Positions 37,774 through 48,092 of a stretch of 64,000 nucleotides of DNA are shown here, one piece after another; position 1 is the stretch's first letter, and every line of letters starts with the position of its first letter. Origin of the DNA: a virus; the IMG/VR virus record IMGVR_UViG_3300020424_000003, positions 16,676-80,675 of that record; one strand, written 5' to 3'. The position numbers and the translations under genes were made by a program. Under the pieces are notes generated by a model that did no database searches, was not told the DNA's origin, and worked only from the letters and a program-made list of their open reading frames with translations.

Positions 37774-38961
37774 ATGATAGACTTAAAGCCGTTCAAACAA
37801 AAGATACAGGAACTAAAGGATAACGGAAACTACCGTGTCTTCAATGATATTCTCCGCGAGAGGGGAGACTATCCCAATGCAATTTGGTATGGCAAATATG
37901 CTATAAAAAATATCGTCAACTGGTGTTCAAATGATTATCTCGGAATGGGACAGCACAAGGTGGTACTCGATGCCATGCACACCGCTCTTGATCAAACCGG
38001 AGCAGGTTCGGGTGGAACTAGAAATATTGCCGGAACAAGTCACTATCATGTAGCACTAGAGCATGAGTTGGCTAAACTGCATAGCAAACAGTCAGCTCTG
38101 CTCTTTACATCAGCCTATGTGGCAAACGAATGGACACTAATTGCTCTCAAACGTATCATTCCCGACATTGTTTTTGTAAGTGATTCAAAGAATCATGCTT
38201 CACTAATTCAAGGAATTAGAAACAGTGGTGCTGAAAAGAAAATCTTTAAGCACAATGATCTAGAACAGTTAGAACAACTACTGCGAGACGTCAAAGGCAC
38301 TCCTTGCATAGTCTTTGAGTCCGTGTATAGCATGGATGGATACGTCAGTAAGATTCCTGAGATTGTTGCATTGGCAAAAAAATACAACGCCATAACTTAT
38401 ATCGATGAGGTCCACGCCGTTGGCCTGTATGGTGAAACAGGTGCAGGATATTCTGCAAAGCTGAGATCACAGGACCAAATCGATATTGTTAACGGTACAC
38501 TTGGTAAAGCCTTTGGAGTTCAGGGTGGATACATAGCAGGGAAGTCAGATGTAATTGACGCAATTCGTTCTGTGTCCTCAGGCTTTATCTTTACAACTTC
38601 AATGAGTCCTGTGATTTGTGCAGGTGCTCTAGCCAGTGTAAAGTATCTAAGAGATCACAACGAGCTTAGAGTAAAACATCAAGAAAGAGCAAAAAGGCTT
38701 AAGACATTATTAAGAAATAGAGATATTCCTATCTTTGAAAATGAAACACATATTGTTCCAGTCAGGATAGGAGATGCTAAAAAGTGTAAGGCGATCAGTG
38801 ATGAACTGATCAATGAGTATGGAATTTATTGTCAAGCTATAAATTACCCAACTGTAGACGTAGGAACAGAGCGACTGCGTTTTGCACCAACACCATTTCA
38901 TTCAAACGCAATGATGCATAGTTTGTGTGACGCTCTTGAGAAAGTAATAAAATATGTTTGA
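37774..38961 (+). CDS. hemA: 5-aminolevulinate synthase (Shemin pathway)
   Basis: WCSNDYLGM, GGTRNIAG, DEVHAVGLYG, GTLGKAFG, FIFTTS, INYPTV. Confidence 0.95.
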   Translation: MIDLKPFKQKIQELKDNGNYRVFNDILRERGDYPNAIWYGKYAIKNIVNWCSNDYLGMGQHKVVLDAMHTALDQTGAGSGGTRNIAGTSHYHVALEHELAKLHSKQSALLFTSAYVANEWTLIALKRIIPDIVFVSDSKNHASLIQGIRNSGAEKKIFKHNDLEQLEQLLRDVKGTPCIVFESVYSMDGYVSKIPEIVALAKKYNAITYIDEVHAVGLYGETGAGYSAKLRSQDQIDIVNGTLGKAFGVQGGYIAGKSDVIDAIRSVSSGFIFTTSMSPVICAGALASVKYLRDHNELRVKHQERAKRLKTLLRNRDIPIFENETHIVPVRIGDAKKCKAISDELINEYGIYCQAINYPTVDVGTERLRFAPTPFHSNAMMHSLCDALEKVIKYV

Positions 38962-39373
38962 TATAAAACGTAACTTATACAGAGGCTTAGGCTTTCTGTG
39001 TGTGGGTATCGCCTATATAGGATTCATTACTCCGGGCATACCTTTTTCAATATTTTTAGTGATAGCCGCTTGGGCCTTTGCTAAAAGTTCACCTAAGATG
39101 GAGAAGTGGTTGTACAATCACCCATGGTTTGGACCTTTCCTAACCAACTGGGTAAAGAAAAGAGTATTTCCACAAAAGGGCAAATATGCAATGATACTTG
39201 TGATGTCCTCAACATTAATCATCACTTGGTTTGCAACTGAAAACATCAAAGCAATACTATGGAGCGGAGGTTTCATGGCACTTGTGGCAATATGGGCTTG
39301 GAGATACCCAAGCACGGTGGCAGAACATGACAAAAGAATCAAACTCGGCCAAAAGATAGGCTGGATCAAATAA
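38954..39373 (+). CDS. YbaN/DUF454 membrane protein
   Basis: PGIPFSIFLVIAAWAFAKSS...WLYNHPWFGP. Confidence 0.85.
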   Translation: MFDIKRNLYRGLGFLCVGIAYIGFITPGIPFSIFLVIAAWAFAKSSPKMEKWLYNHPWFGPFLTNWVKKRVFPQKGKYAMILVMSSTLIITWFATENIKAILWSGGFMALVAIWAWRYPSTVAEHDKRIKLGQKIGWIK

Positions 39374-39417
39374 TACAAGGCGTCTCTAAGGCGCCTTAAA
39401 CCTACATTTCTGGTACA

Positions 39418-39499
39418 AAAAATTGACGGTGTTAAAAATTTGACGGTGCCAACCTTACAAATTATTTTTCACTGAAAACCAGTACAAAAATTTGACGGT
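39418..39499 (+). repeat. Three copies of AAAAAT(T)TGACGGT
   Basis: Copies at 39418, 39434 and 39486, abutting ATAAATA at 39502. Confidence 0.75.
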
Positions 39500-39538
39500 T
39501 GATAAATATATGTACAGGGCACAACTTTACCAGGAGTA

Positions 39539-40111
39539 ATGAATTATATGAAATCTTTGAACAAGTGGCTACTTATTTTAGCAACAGCTTCTTGCGTGGC
39601 GCTTTTTAGCACAAATGCAAATGCTGAAACCAACACAGTGACAAGCACAGTCACGGGGACAACTACGGTTGACAAAACCCCTCCTACTGCATCAGCACCA
39701 AACGTCATGATCAACAATCAAGATGTTTGTTCAACTGGTACTAGTGCCGCAGTACAAACTCAGGTGTTTGGTATTGCAGGTGGAACCACTATCAGAGATA
39801 GAAACTGTGAAAGACTTAAATTATCCAGAGCATTATATGGAATGGGTATGAAGGTCGCGGCAGTTTCCCTACTTTGCCAAGATCCAAGAGTATTTGAAGC
39901 CATGGAGATGGCAGGAACACCTTGTCCTTACAAAGGCAAGATTGGTATTGAAGCCGCGAAAGCATGGGCTGACAATCCAGAAAAACGTCCTGACTACGAT
40001 AAATGGTTGAAAGAAAATGATCTTGAAGATACTGAAAAAGAATGGAAGAATAAAGCAACTACTTGGGGCTTCGGTCTTGGTAGCCTTGGTTTGCTTTTAT
40101 TCCTCTTATAG
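39539..40111 (+). CDS. Secreted or membrane-anchored Cys-containing protein
   Basis: Signal peptide; PPTASAP, CERLKLS, GTPCP; C-terminal hydrophobic tail. Confidence 0.7.
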   Translation: MNYMKSLNKWLLILATASCVALFSTNANAETNTVTSTVTGTTTVDKTPPTASAPNVMINNQDVCSTGTSAAVQTQVFGIAGGTTIRDRNCERLKLSRALYGMGMKVAAVSLLCQDPRVFEAMEMAGTPCPYKGKIGIEAAKAWADNPEKRPDYDKWLKENDLEDTEKEWKNKATTWGFGLGSLGLLLFLL

Positions 40112-42167
40112 TCTAGCATACACTCAACAATATAACGTTGGCGACACAGGACCTAACGGTGGTACCGTGCAATCTGTCACGGTGACATCTACTGTTACAG
40201 GCACTGAGGTTGCTCTTAATGGTGGCTTCGAAGAAACAACTACAACAACTCAATACACAGAAACAGTAATAGAACAGATTTCAACAACACAAACAGTAAC
40301 CAATACCACAACAACCTCAGTAGAAACCACAACTACAAATACTTTACCAGCCATAGAAGCTGGTGATTGGTCAGCGGCAGGAACAGCAGGTGGAGTAAAT
40401 TCTAATTCTTGTAGTTACAGTGGAGGTATAGCGGCCGGTGAAGCCTGTATGGGTAAGATGAAAAACGTCAACAATAATCTTGTTACCACAGACAACTATA
40501 ATGTAAACACACTAGGAGGTGGACAGGTTACTTCAGAGTATATAGAACTAGGATCTAATCTTACTGAAGCTGAAATACAAGCAGGATTCACACTTAACTT
40601 TGGTGTACGTGTACAATCACATGGTTCAAACGCAAATGTACCATATTGTTCTGCAACAAGTGGTGACTGTAAAGATGTATTTAGAGTCACAACCAATTTG
40701 TATAAAGCAGATCCAAATGGCGGTAACCTCAGCAGTATATTAATTGGTACCTTCAATAGATATGAAACACTAACGTTTTCTAATTTTAGAAATTACAGTT
40801 ACACAGAAGACATAGGTTCAAACAACTACACAGAAATATGGGGTAACATGGAACTATGGGGTGTTGATGCAGGATATCATAAGAACGTATATGGTCCTAT
40901 ATTTTCACAACCATTCATGACTTTGACTTATGACGTTCTTACAACTGTAACAGAAACTATAACACAATTAGTTTTAAGCACACAAGAAACAGTTTACAAC
41001 ACATCAGAAGAAACTATTACAAGTATTTTCATAGGAGATACTACAACAGACACATCTATACCAGAAATAGACTTTACAGAAGTAGATTCATTTGAAATAG
41101 AAATCATTAACGAAGACACTGGCAACGGTATTGAAATGGAGTTTAGTGTTGAAGTAGATGAAACAACCAACGTTGCAACAGTTGAAATGGAATCAACAAA
41201 CATGGGCACAGGTGTAGTTACAGTAGAAACTATTGCAGAAATAGATCTTAACATTGACTTTGGAAGTCTTGACACAGGCCCAATGGATGTTAATATGCCA
41301 AGTGTTGAATCAATTGAAGCAGACATTGGTTCACAGATTGATACTGCGGTTGCTGATGCTGTTGCAGAAATAGAAATAGACTTGCCTGATATGTCTACAG
41401 ATACAACACAGATGGCAGATGCAGGGCCAGTGGTAGAGATGGCTCCACCAAGTGATGCAGGTCCTAATTCAGAACCAACTGTTGAAGTTGAAGTAAATAC
41501 TACTGAGACAAGCAATGAGACGAACACGCAAGAGACAGTTTCCGAAACAGAAAGCACAGAGAGTCCAGAAGCGGTTGAGCCAACAAGCGAGACCGTACAA
41601 GAGTCCAGTCAAGATGTGGAACAGCCAGTGGAAGAGAGTGCGAGTGAGCCGGAAGGGTCAGACAGTGGAGACACTGAGTCTGGAGAGGATACCAGTGGGA
41701 CAGAAACCGAATCCGACTCCAGTGATAGCGGAGATGCAGAGTCAAGTGATGGAGAAAGCAACGACTCTTCTTCCAGGGGAGAAAAGTCTGACGGAAAAAG
41801 CGGAAATGATAGCAAAAGCAAAAGCAAGTCAAAACAAAAAGAAAAGTCCAATTCTGAGAAGAAGAAGGAATACGTAGAGAAGAAAGTAGCAGAAGCCAAG
41901 CAGAAGATTGCTACAAAAATATTGAGTGCTATGGCAGATACTTACAATGCTATCAATGAAACCACAAAGATTGCACTTATATCAAGTTTAGCTGACACAA
42001 AGAACTTCCAAGCATACCTAGACAAGCAAAATGCTTTGCCACAGGATTGGTACACTTCAGAACAAGTGTATCAGGATATGCCACAGTTATTAGACCCAGC
42101 TTCAGTGCTATACAACATGGCACAAGACAAAATCATGGACGAAATGATCATGATGCAATATGAATAG
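40017..42167 (+). CDS. Large secreted Thr/Glu/Ser-rich protein
   Basis: Signal-like N-terminus; long low-complexity acidic linker. Confidence 0.7.
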   Translation: MILKILKKNGRIKQLLGASVLVALVCFYSSYSLAYTQQYNVGDTGPNGGTVQSVTVTSTVTGTEVALNGGFEETTTTTQYTETVIEQISTTQTVTNTTTTSVETTTTNTLPAIEAGDWSAAGTAGGVNSNSCSYSGGIAAGEACMGKMKNVNNNLVTTDNYNVNTLGGGQVTSEYIELGSNLTEAEIQAGFTLNFGVRVQSHGSNANVPYCSATSGDCKDVFRVTTNLYKADPNGGNLSSILIGTFNRYETLTFSNFRNYSYTEDIGSNNYTEIWGNMELWGVDAGYHKNVYGPIFSQPFMTLTYDVLTTVTETITQLVLSTQETVYNTSEETITSIFIGDTTTDTSIPEIDFTEVDSFEIEIINEDTGNGIEMEFSVEVDETTNVATVEMESTNMGTGVVTVETIAEIDLNIDFGSLDTGPMDVNMPSVESIEADIGSQIDTAVADAVAEIEIDLPDMSTDTTQMADAGPVVEMAPPSDAGPNSEPTVEVEVNTTETSNETNTQETVSETESTESPEAVEPTSETVQESSQDVEQPVEESASEPEGSDSGDTESGEDTSGTETESDSSDSGDAESSDGESNDSSSRGEKSDGKSGNDSKSKSKSKQKEKSNSEKKKEYVEKKVAEAKQKIATKILSAMADTYNAINETTKIALISSLADTKNFQAYLDKQNALPQDWYTSEQVYQDMPQLLDPASVLYNMAQDKIMDEMIMMQYE

Positions 42168-42188
42168 ATAAATACACAAGGAGTTATT

Positions 42189-42659
42189 ATGGCAGAAATA
42201 GAATATAAAGGTATTAAAGTAGGGGGCAGTAAGCTATTGCTTGTGATCCCTTTAATAGGTACAATCATAGGTGGTCTTTGGGGAGGCTTTGAGCTTTTCA
42301 ATAGATATCAAATGATGGAACAAAAGATCGACAGCTATGTTGCACCAGACCTTAGTGGCTTTGACAAAAAGTTAGCACTTGTACAATCCGAACTTGACAT
42401 GGTGCTTGAAGAAGTAACCCTTGTTGCTGATGTGGCCAAAGAACTCAAGAACGACTTACGTGGTGATGTAAGACGTATCGAAAAGATCGTTGAAGACGTT
42501 GAAACAAGAGTCAAAAATGACAGTAGAGAACTTAACACAGACATCAGCGAAGCTATCAAAGATATCAAACAAGAAATGGCTGACCTTGAAGCGAAGATCG
42601 AAAAGCAAATTAAAACTGCTTTAGAAAATCCTTTAAGTAATATGGCAACTACGAAGTAG
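42189..42659 (+). CDS. TM plus coiled-coil protein
   Basis: N-terminal TM, heptad repeats, C-terminal LENPL. Confidence 0.7.
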   Translation: MAEIEYKGIKVGGSKLLLVIPLIGTIIGGLWGGFELFNRYQMMEQKIDSYVAPDLSGFDKKLALVQSELDMVLEEVTLVADVAKELKNDLRGDVRRIEKIVEDVETRVKNDSRELNTDISEAIKDIKQEMADLEAKIEKQIKTALENPLSNMATTK

Positions 42660-42661
42660 TA

Positions 42662-43063
42662 TTATTCAACAACCTTTACGTGTTTACTTGGTTTAAATCC
42701 GTTAGCAGGATTTAACTCTAAGCCAGTCAATACAATACAAGCAGAGTTTGTTTCAGGAAACAATGCTATGACGCTCCAAGTCTTTGACACTGGATTCATT
42801 GCCATAACTCCTGGTTGTTGTAGCACTCTTCCATCTGGTATAGGAACAAAAACAATCATGTTTGCTAATGGTTGCTCTTGATACTTTGTAATGGTTTCCA
42901 TGACTGCATCCATACTTCCGCAATCTGTTAAAATAGGTAACTTCATAAACGCACTTGGGTTTTGTTCTTGTTCTGGTGCTGGTGTCGGTGTGCTTTCATG
43001 CTCTGCCATGGCAGTAACAGAAAGGAATGACAACAGAATTGCTATTAATAATGTTTTAATCAT
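42662..43063 (-). CDS. Hypothetical secreted protein
   Basis: Signal peptide, two Cys. Confidence 0.65.
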   Translation of the reverse strand: MIKTLLIAILLSFLSVTAMAEHESTPTPAPEQEQNPSAFMKLPILTDCGSMDAVMETITKYQEQPLANMIVFVPIPDGRVLQQPGVMAMNPVSKTWSVIALFPETNSACIVLTGLELNPANGFKPSKHVKVVE

Positions 43064-43086
43064 GATGCATACCTCCTAGTATGCTC

Positions 43087-43629
43087 TTACAAGTATTTAG
43101 AAAACGTTTGTTTACTACAAAGGTCTACAGCTTTTAAATACTGTTCGTCTCCGTTGTAATCAAATATCGAATGATTACTTGGCTTGTCTAATACTAACCA
43201 AGCACGTTCCTTTATCTCTCGAGCTAGTTGTTGTTCAGTCCAGATACTCATACCAGCAAACATTCTCCAACCTTTTGGTGTGTTGCCTGTGGATAACTTT
43301 TCAATCATTAACATATCACTTGTCATTGCAAGTGACTCTCCACTTTGTAAAGTATTTGTACTTTGCCACTCATTGGTGTGTAATAATAGCACAGAGGTCT
43401 CACTCACTGGTCCACCTTTGTGAACAAAGGTCTCATCCAGTGCCGGATCAAAAGGAATGTCTTTTAATAATCCTAGGCTACTGCATTTAAATTCAGACGG
43501 CTTGTTAAGAATGACACCAATCACAGATCCATCATCACGTTGTTCATAAATGTAAACAACAGCTCTGGTGAACACAGGATTAGCATTCAGTATAGGTCCT
43601 GCTACTAACAGTTTGCCTCTAAACGACAT
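43087..43629 (-). CDS. YqgE/AlgH (DUF179) family protein
   Basis: GKLLVA...F.RAVVY...GVILNKP...GGPV...FAGMSIW. Confidence 0.85.
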   Translation of the reverse strand: MSFRGKLLVAGPILNANPVFTRAVVYIYEQRDDGSVIGVILNKPSEFKCSSLGLLKDIPFDPALDETFVHKGGPVSETSVLLLHTNEWQSTNTLQSGESLAMTSDMLMIEKLSTGNTPKGWRMFAGMSIWTEQQLAREIKERAWLVLDKPSNHSIFDYNGDEQYLKAVDLCSKQTFSKYL

Positions 43630-43630
43630 T

Positions 43631-43870
43631 TTAACTCCAGTCTGGTAGTGGTCCGCCATATTTTTTCCCTTTTATTTTCTTTCCGCCTACCGTTACACGC
43701 TTCTTGCCAACTTTATGGCTCTTTTTTCCTGATCGTGTTCGTAGACCTTGTGATTTGCATGAAGCAAGGTTAGAGGCACCGAGAGCAGAATCTGGTCTCG
43801 ATGATCTACATAACTTCTTAGATGCCTGTGCTTCAAGCTCAGCATTCGTGTCTAAATCAACTATTCTCAT
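43631..43870 (-). CDS. Small basic late protein
   Basis: Downstream of TAAATA; ends KKYGGPLPDWS. Confidence 0.65.
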   Translation of the reverse strand: MRIVDLDTNAELEAQASKKLCRSSRPDSALGASNLASCKSQGLRTRSGKKSHKVGKKRVTVGGKKIKGKKYGGPLPDWS

Positions 43871-43881
43871 TGCAATAGTAT

Positions 43882-44094
43882 TTACCTATATTTGTCTGCA
43901 GGGTTTTCATAATTGTCTTTTTCATTACATAATCTAAATGTTAGCACTTTTCTCGGTCCTTTCGTTGTATTAACAGAGATGTCACCTGATTTGTCGAAGT
44001 ATTCTATCTTTGTTATCTTTGCTCGTTCGTGTTTACCTATCAGAATCTCTTGCCCAACCTGTAAGTTGAGGTTAAGTTGTTTAATATGTGCCAT
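43882..44094 (-). CDS. Hypothetical protein
   Basis: AAGGAG SD; beta-rich sequence. Confidence 0.6.
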   Translation of the reverse strand: MAHIKQLNLNLQVGQEILIGKHERAKITKIEYFDKSGDISVNTTKGPRKVLTFRLCNEKDNYENPADKYR

Positions 44095-44236
44095 TGGAGT
44101 CTCCTTTCGGACCATTGAACATGGTCATCGAGATTGTACTAGTATTTATTATAGGCCCCGCTGTAACATTTTCAAATAAATTGGTTTAGTCTATTTGTAT
44201 CATACCTATAAGGCGATTACATAAGTAATTTTGCAT

Positions 44237-44830
44237 ATGAACATTTATACACAATTAAATGAACCAAAAGATCTAGATGCAGGTAGTAAATGGTTACCAT
44301 GCCTACAAACAACGCCGGTTAAACACAGGCAGGCGTGGCCAGAAGCATTGTTAATTACACACATTGATGCAATTAAACACTATGATTATGATATAGTGCC
44401 TTTGCTTAACCAAACTGTGCATTGTATTGGACCAAAGACCTATGACAGACTAAAAGACATGGGCTTTGCCAACGTAAATTTGCATGGCTTGTATGCAGAA
44501 GATATTAAGATATCATCAATGCCTATTACACCATGCACTTGGTTACATGGAGATCGTTATAGCAAAGACTTTGCAACCTTCACTGGCGTCACTGCTATCC
44601 AAACCTACAAGACGTCACTGCTTGAAGCTTCACTGTCCGAAATAAAAAAAATGGTCACTGACGGTAACCCACCAGAAAAAATTTATGTCTATTCAAACCT
44701 TGTATGTGAGGGGTTGCAGGACATAGACTGGCCACAGACTGAATTGGTTCATGTTGAATCTTGCAAATCGGTTGATCCTGATAAGTGGTTGAAAACAAAG
44801 AGTTTTTATCCAGGTCAAGAAACTAATTAA
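44237..44830 (+). CDS. Uroporphyrinogen-III synthase (HemD)-like protein
   Basis: LLITH..AI...VHCIGPKTYDRLKDMGF...WLHG...QTYKT pattern resembles HemD; divergent. Confidence 0.5.
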   Translation: MNIYTQLNEPKDLDAGSKWLPCLQTTPVKHRQAWPEALLITHIDAIKHYDYDIVPLLNQTVHCIGPKTYDRLKDMGFANVNLHGLYAEDIKISSMPITPCTWLHGDRYSKDFATFTGVTAIQTYKTSLLEASLSEIKKMVTDGNPPEKIYVYSNLVCEGLQDIDWPQTELVHVESCKSVDPDKWLKTKSFYPGQETN

Positions 44831-44984
44831 CCAAAAGGCCCCGCTGTAAGGTCCACCACCAATCCAAAGAAACCTTCCATTTTATGGGCGGTTAAGACCT
44901 TCATGAGGCCTTCCACGGTCTGTCGAAAAATATTTTCCAAAAGAGGTTGACTTTTCTATACTCAGGCCTTATATTAAAAAGTAT

Positions 44985-45212
44985 ATGAAGAACACAACGA
45001 CAATTATATGGATTGCCTGTGTAGTTTTTTTGGTAGCAATAACCACCAAAGCAATGGCACACGATTCATTCAACGATAAGGTTAATAATTGGGTTGCTAA
45101 AGAGAAAGAAAAGACTATTCAATTCCAGAAAGAGAGTTGGGCTGAAAGTAAAGAACAATTAGGCAGAACTTGGAATTCAATTAAGAATCTTTTTCAAAAA
45201 AAGGCTCAATAG
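44985..45212 (+). CDS. Hypothetical secreted protein
   Basis: Signal peptide; follows a promoter. Confidence 0.65.
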   Translation: MKNTTTIIWIACVVFLVAITTKAMAHDSFNDKVNNWVAKEKEKTIQFQKESWAESKEQLGRTWNSIKNLFQKKAQ

Positions 45213-45244
45213 ATAACAATTAAAAAGGCGGAAGGAGGCCTAGC

Positions 45245-45496
45245 ATGATTAAGAAACTTTCACTTATTATTATATTAGGCCTCGTCACTACGGGTTGCTC
45301 GGTGTCTTCACTGACAAAGAATCCGAAATACGAATGGCTCACTGGCGGACAGGCCGCCTATGGTGATAAGCCAGGTGATGTATGTTATACCTGCGGTGAG
45401 AATTTTATTTTCATCAAGAACGAACCACTAGGTGCCCAAAGAGAAGCATGGCGAAATGGCTTTTATTGGGGTGGCGATCAAAATCCCAAATATTAA
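45245..45496 (+). CDS. Putative lipoprotein
   Basis: Lipobox TTGC; AGGAGG SD. Confidence 0.6.
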   Translation: MIKKLSLIIILGLVTTGCSVSSLTKNPKYEWLTGGQAAYGDKPGDVCYTCGENFIFIKNEPLGAQREAWRNGFYWGGDQNPKY

Positions 45497-45504
45497 AAAA
45501 ATAA

Positions 45505-45578
45505 GGGGGAGTGGTATAATGGTATTACACGGGTCTCCAAAACCTTAGATCGAGGTTCGATTCCTCGCTCCTCTGCCA
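45505..45578 (+). tRNA. tRNA-Trp(CCA)
   Basis: Loop CTCCAAA; TTCGATT T-loop; CCA end. Confidence 0.9.
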
Positions 45579-45708
45579 AAACTTTTTTTCATCTTTTTTC
45601 CAAAAGCCAATAAAATCAATGGTTTACAAGGCCAAAAAAAGGTTGACCTTTTGAGCATTAGGCCTTATACTATAAACATAATAAGGAATTAGGCAGAGGG
45701 CAAAAAAT

Positions 45709-46254
45709 ATGTTAGAACTTATCAAAGAAATCAAATCCAGAAACATTAAAACAAAGGCTTGGATCGCAGAAGATCCTAAGAACCGTTGGGCAGGTTTATA
45801 CCCAGAGGACGAAGCCCATTGGGTTGAAAGGGGTATCACTACCCTTGCTGATCTCGAAAGAGATGAGTTGGCCACTTATATCTATGAAGGCCACAAGGAT
45901 GCCTTTGGCACAAAAGGTCGTCACTACGACTTTGACAGCATGACTCTTCAGGAGTTGAAAGATGAGGCCGACTATATTAGTAAGGCCGCGAACGAAACTT
46001 ATGAGCGAGAAGAAGCTCATAAGAAAGAGTGCCTTAATGAGTTCAAGGCTCTCGTTCAAAAGACGATTGCCAATGGTGCTGGCGATGAGGAAACTGCCTT
46101 AAGGTGGTTAAGCCAAGGCGAAAAATTTTATCACATCCAGGACATTGAATCTTGGGTTTGGGATTACGGTATTCTTTTTACCGACTACGGTAGAGAGCTT
46201 GTTAAAAAACTCGAAGGCATAGTGACCTTCGAAGAATGGAAGGAGGCTGTATAA
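45709..46254 (+). CDS. Hypothetical early protein
   Basis: Promoter and GAGGGC leader. Confidence 0.75.
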   Translation: MLELIKEIKSRNIKTKAWIAEDPKNRWAGLYPEDEAHWVERGITTLADLERDELATYIYEGHKDAFGTKGRHYDFDSMTLQELKDEADYISKAANETYEREEAHKKECLNEFKALVQKTIANGAGDEETALRWLSQGEKFYHIQDIESWVWDYGILFTDYGRELVKKLEGIVTFEEWKEAV

Positions 46255-46532
46255 TGGGGTTAGAAACTCATGCGATAGTTGAAATCAAAGAAAGGTTTCA
46301 CAAAGAAGGAAATGCCATGCCACATATGAATTGGGAGTATGGTACATTATATATTGATACCAATAGGCAGGAGGACTTGGATACCATCAAAGATGTTATG
46401 TTAAATGAAGTCCTAGTACCTGGCTGTGATGTTCAGTTTAATTGCCTAAAGGCTACGAAAACTGAGCCTTGGGACCAATGGGCAATGGATATTATCCATA
46501 AAAATAGCGACTTCTTAGAGGTTGACAAATAA
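46254..46532 (+). CDS. Hypothetical early protein
   Basis: AGGAGG SD; coupled. Confidence 0.65.
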   Translation: MGLETHAIVEIKERFHKEGNAMPHMNWEYGTLYIDTNRQEDLDTIKDVMLNEVLVPGCDVQFNCLKATKTEPWDQWAMDIIHKNSDFLEVDK

Positions 46533-46570
46533 TTAGGCAGGCATTATATTAGTATTATAGGCAATTAAAA

Positions 46571-46963
46571 ATGGAGGCTAGAAAACAAATGATAGGGCAA
46601 AAAACAATTAATAAATTAGATATGATAGATATCCAACAAAAGGCAAAAATGGCAGGAAAGACAGCCATTCATGATTTCCTAAATGATTGGAATGAGAAGA
46701 CAGGTGGCAATGAATACGGTGAACCAATGTATTGTGGTTTTGCCTGGGTTGATGTTTATGTCACAAGAACAAATTCAAAAGAAGCGAAATTATTAGAGTC
46801 AGTGGGCTTTAAGAAATCCTACAGAGCAAAGACAATGACTATGTGGAATCCTGCAGATTACAATGGTCAGTCAATGGATTGTAGAGAAGTAGGTGCTCAG
46901 GCCTATGCTGATGTTTTAAGAGCATATGGTTTTAGAGCTTCAATGGGATCGAGGGCAGACTAA
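46571..46963 (+). CDS. Hypothetical early protein
   Basis: CGFAWV motif. Confidence 0.7.
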   Translation: MEARKQMIGQKTINKLDMIDIQQKAKMAGKTAIHDFLNDWNEKTGGNEYGEPMYCGFAWVDVYVTRTNSKEAKLLESVGFKKSYRAKTMTMWNPADYNGQSMDCREVGAQAYADVLRAYGFRASMGSRAD

Positions 46964-47352
46964 TGACAAAGACTACAGAAATATATCCAATGAGAGAAGA
47001 CCTAGGTAAGAATCTTTATAGGAAGAAGACTTACTATACGGTCTGCATAGAACAAGATGTTTTGGCCAAAGACAAGGACGAAGCAGAACAGAAGTTCTTA
47101 GACGGTGGTGGCATAAACTACGATAATGTCAACACGGACTTGACGACAGAAAACGAAGGTGTTGAAACTTATATCTGTGATGCCAATTATACTGAATCAG
47201 AAGATACTGAATATCTTGGTAAGGTTGTATATGAAGATACCGATTATGCAGAAGAAGACGGTTTCGTAGAGATTGATTATTATGCTGAGGAGCATGAAGA
47301 ATCACCTATGAAGGATTTCAAAGAAAAAGTTTTAGAGGGAGAAACAATATGA
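46963..47352 (+). CDS. Acidic hypothetical protein
   Basis: Coupled ORF. Confidence 0.7.
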   Translation: MTKTTEIYPMREDLGKNLYRKKTYYTVCIEQDVLAKDKDEAEQKFLDGGGINYDNVNTDLTTENEGVETYICDANYTESEDTEYLGKVVYEDTDYAEEDGFVEIDYYAEEHEESPMKDFKEKVLEGETI

Positions 47353-47561
47353 TCAGAGAAAAGACACAAAAAGAATTGGTGATTGATCTTACAGGACCAG
47401 ATGGCAATGCCTTTGCATTGATGGCCTATGCTAAGAAGTTGGCTGTTCAATTAGGTATGAACTATCATGTGATCATAGATGAAATGAAACAGGGCGACTA
47501 TGAGCACCTAGTGAAGACATTTGATTTTCATTTTGGTGACTATGTCGTATTGGAGAGATAA
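47349..47561 (+). CDS. Hypothetical protein
   Basis: IDLTGPDGNAFAL motif. Confidence 0.7.
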   Translation: MIREKTQKELVIDLTGPDGNAFALMAYAKKLAVQLGMNYHVIIDEMKQGDYEHLVKTFDFHFGDYVVLER

Positions 47562-47562
47562 T

Positions 47563-47793
47563 ATGTGGGAAGATGAATTATTTGATGAGATACAGGTAGG
47601 CGATAAGGTTTGGTATGAAACACCACAAGGCCAAACTTTCACAGCCAAGGCAGTCATGCAGGGACCACATGGTTGGGTCTGCAATAGAGGACAAGGACAG
47701 CCAGTGGTAGTGAACGAAGGTGCCAACTATTTAGGCCACAAGAAGGCAAAGAATAGGAAGCCAGACTATTTGGGAAAGTGGTTGAATGCCTGA
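47563..47793 (+). CDS. Hypothetical protein
   Basis: GGAG SD before MWEDEL. Confidence 0.6.
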   Translation: MWEDELFDEIQVGDKVWYETPQGQTFTAKAVMQGPHGWVCNRGQGQPVVVNEGANYLGHKKAKNRKPDYLGKWLNA

Positions 47794-47888
47794 ATTGATT
47801 ATAGGAATAGGAGCAATGATGTTGACCATCGGTATTCCTTATTCTTTTGTGATATTGATATTAATGCTATGGAACAAGGAGGAACCAA

Positions 47889-48092
47889 ATGATAGAAGAT
47901 AGCGATCTTTTTATTAAGGTGGTATTCTATTCTGCCTTATTGGTAGGATGCGGATGGTATCTTGGAAGAGGGAATGGTATCAAACAAGGAGCCGGAAAGG
48001 TCATAGATCATCTTTGTGAGAACGGATACCTAAGACACCAAAAGAAGAATGGTGAGATTGAATTAATTAAACTCAACGGAGAAATAGAATGA
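47889..48092 (+). CDS. Small membrane protein
   Basis: AGGAGG SD; one TM segment. Confidence 0.6.
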   Translation: MIEDSDLFIKVVFYSALLVGCGWYLGRGNGIKQGAGKVIDHLCENGYLRHQKKNGEIELIKLNGEIE

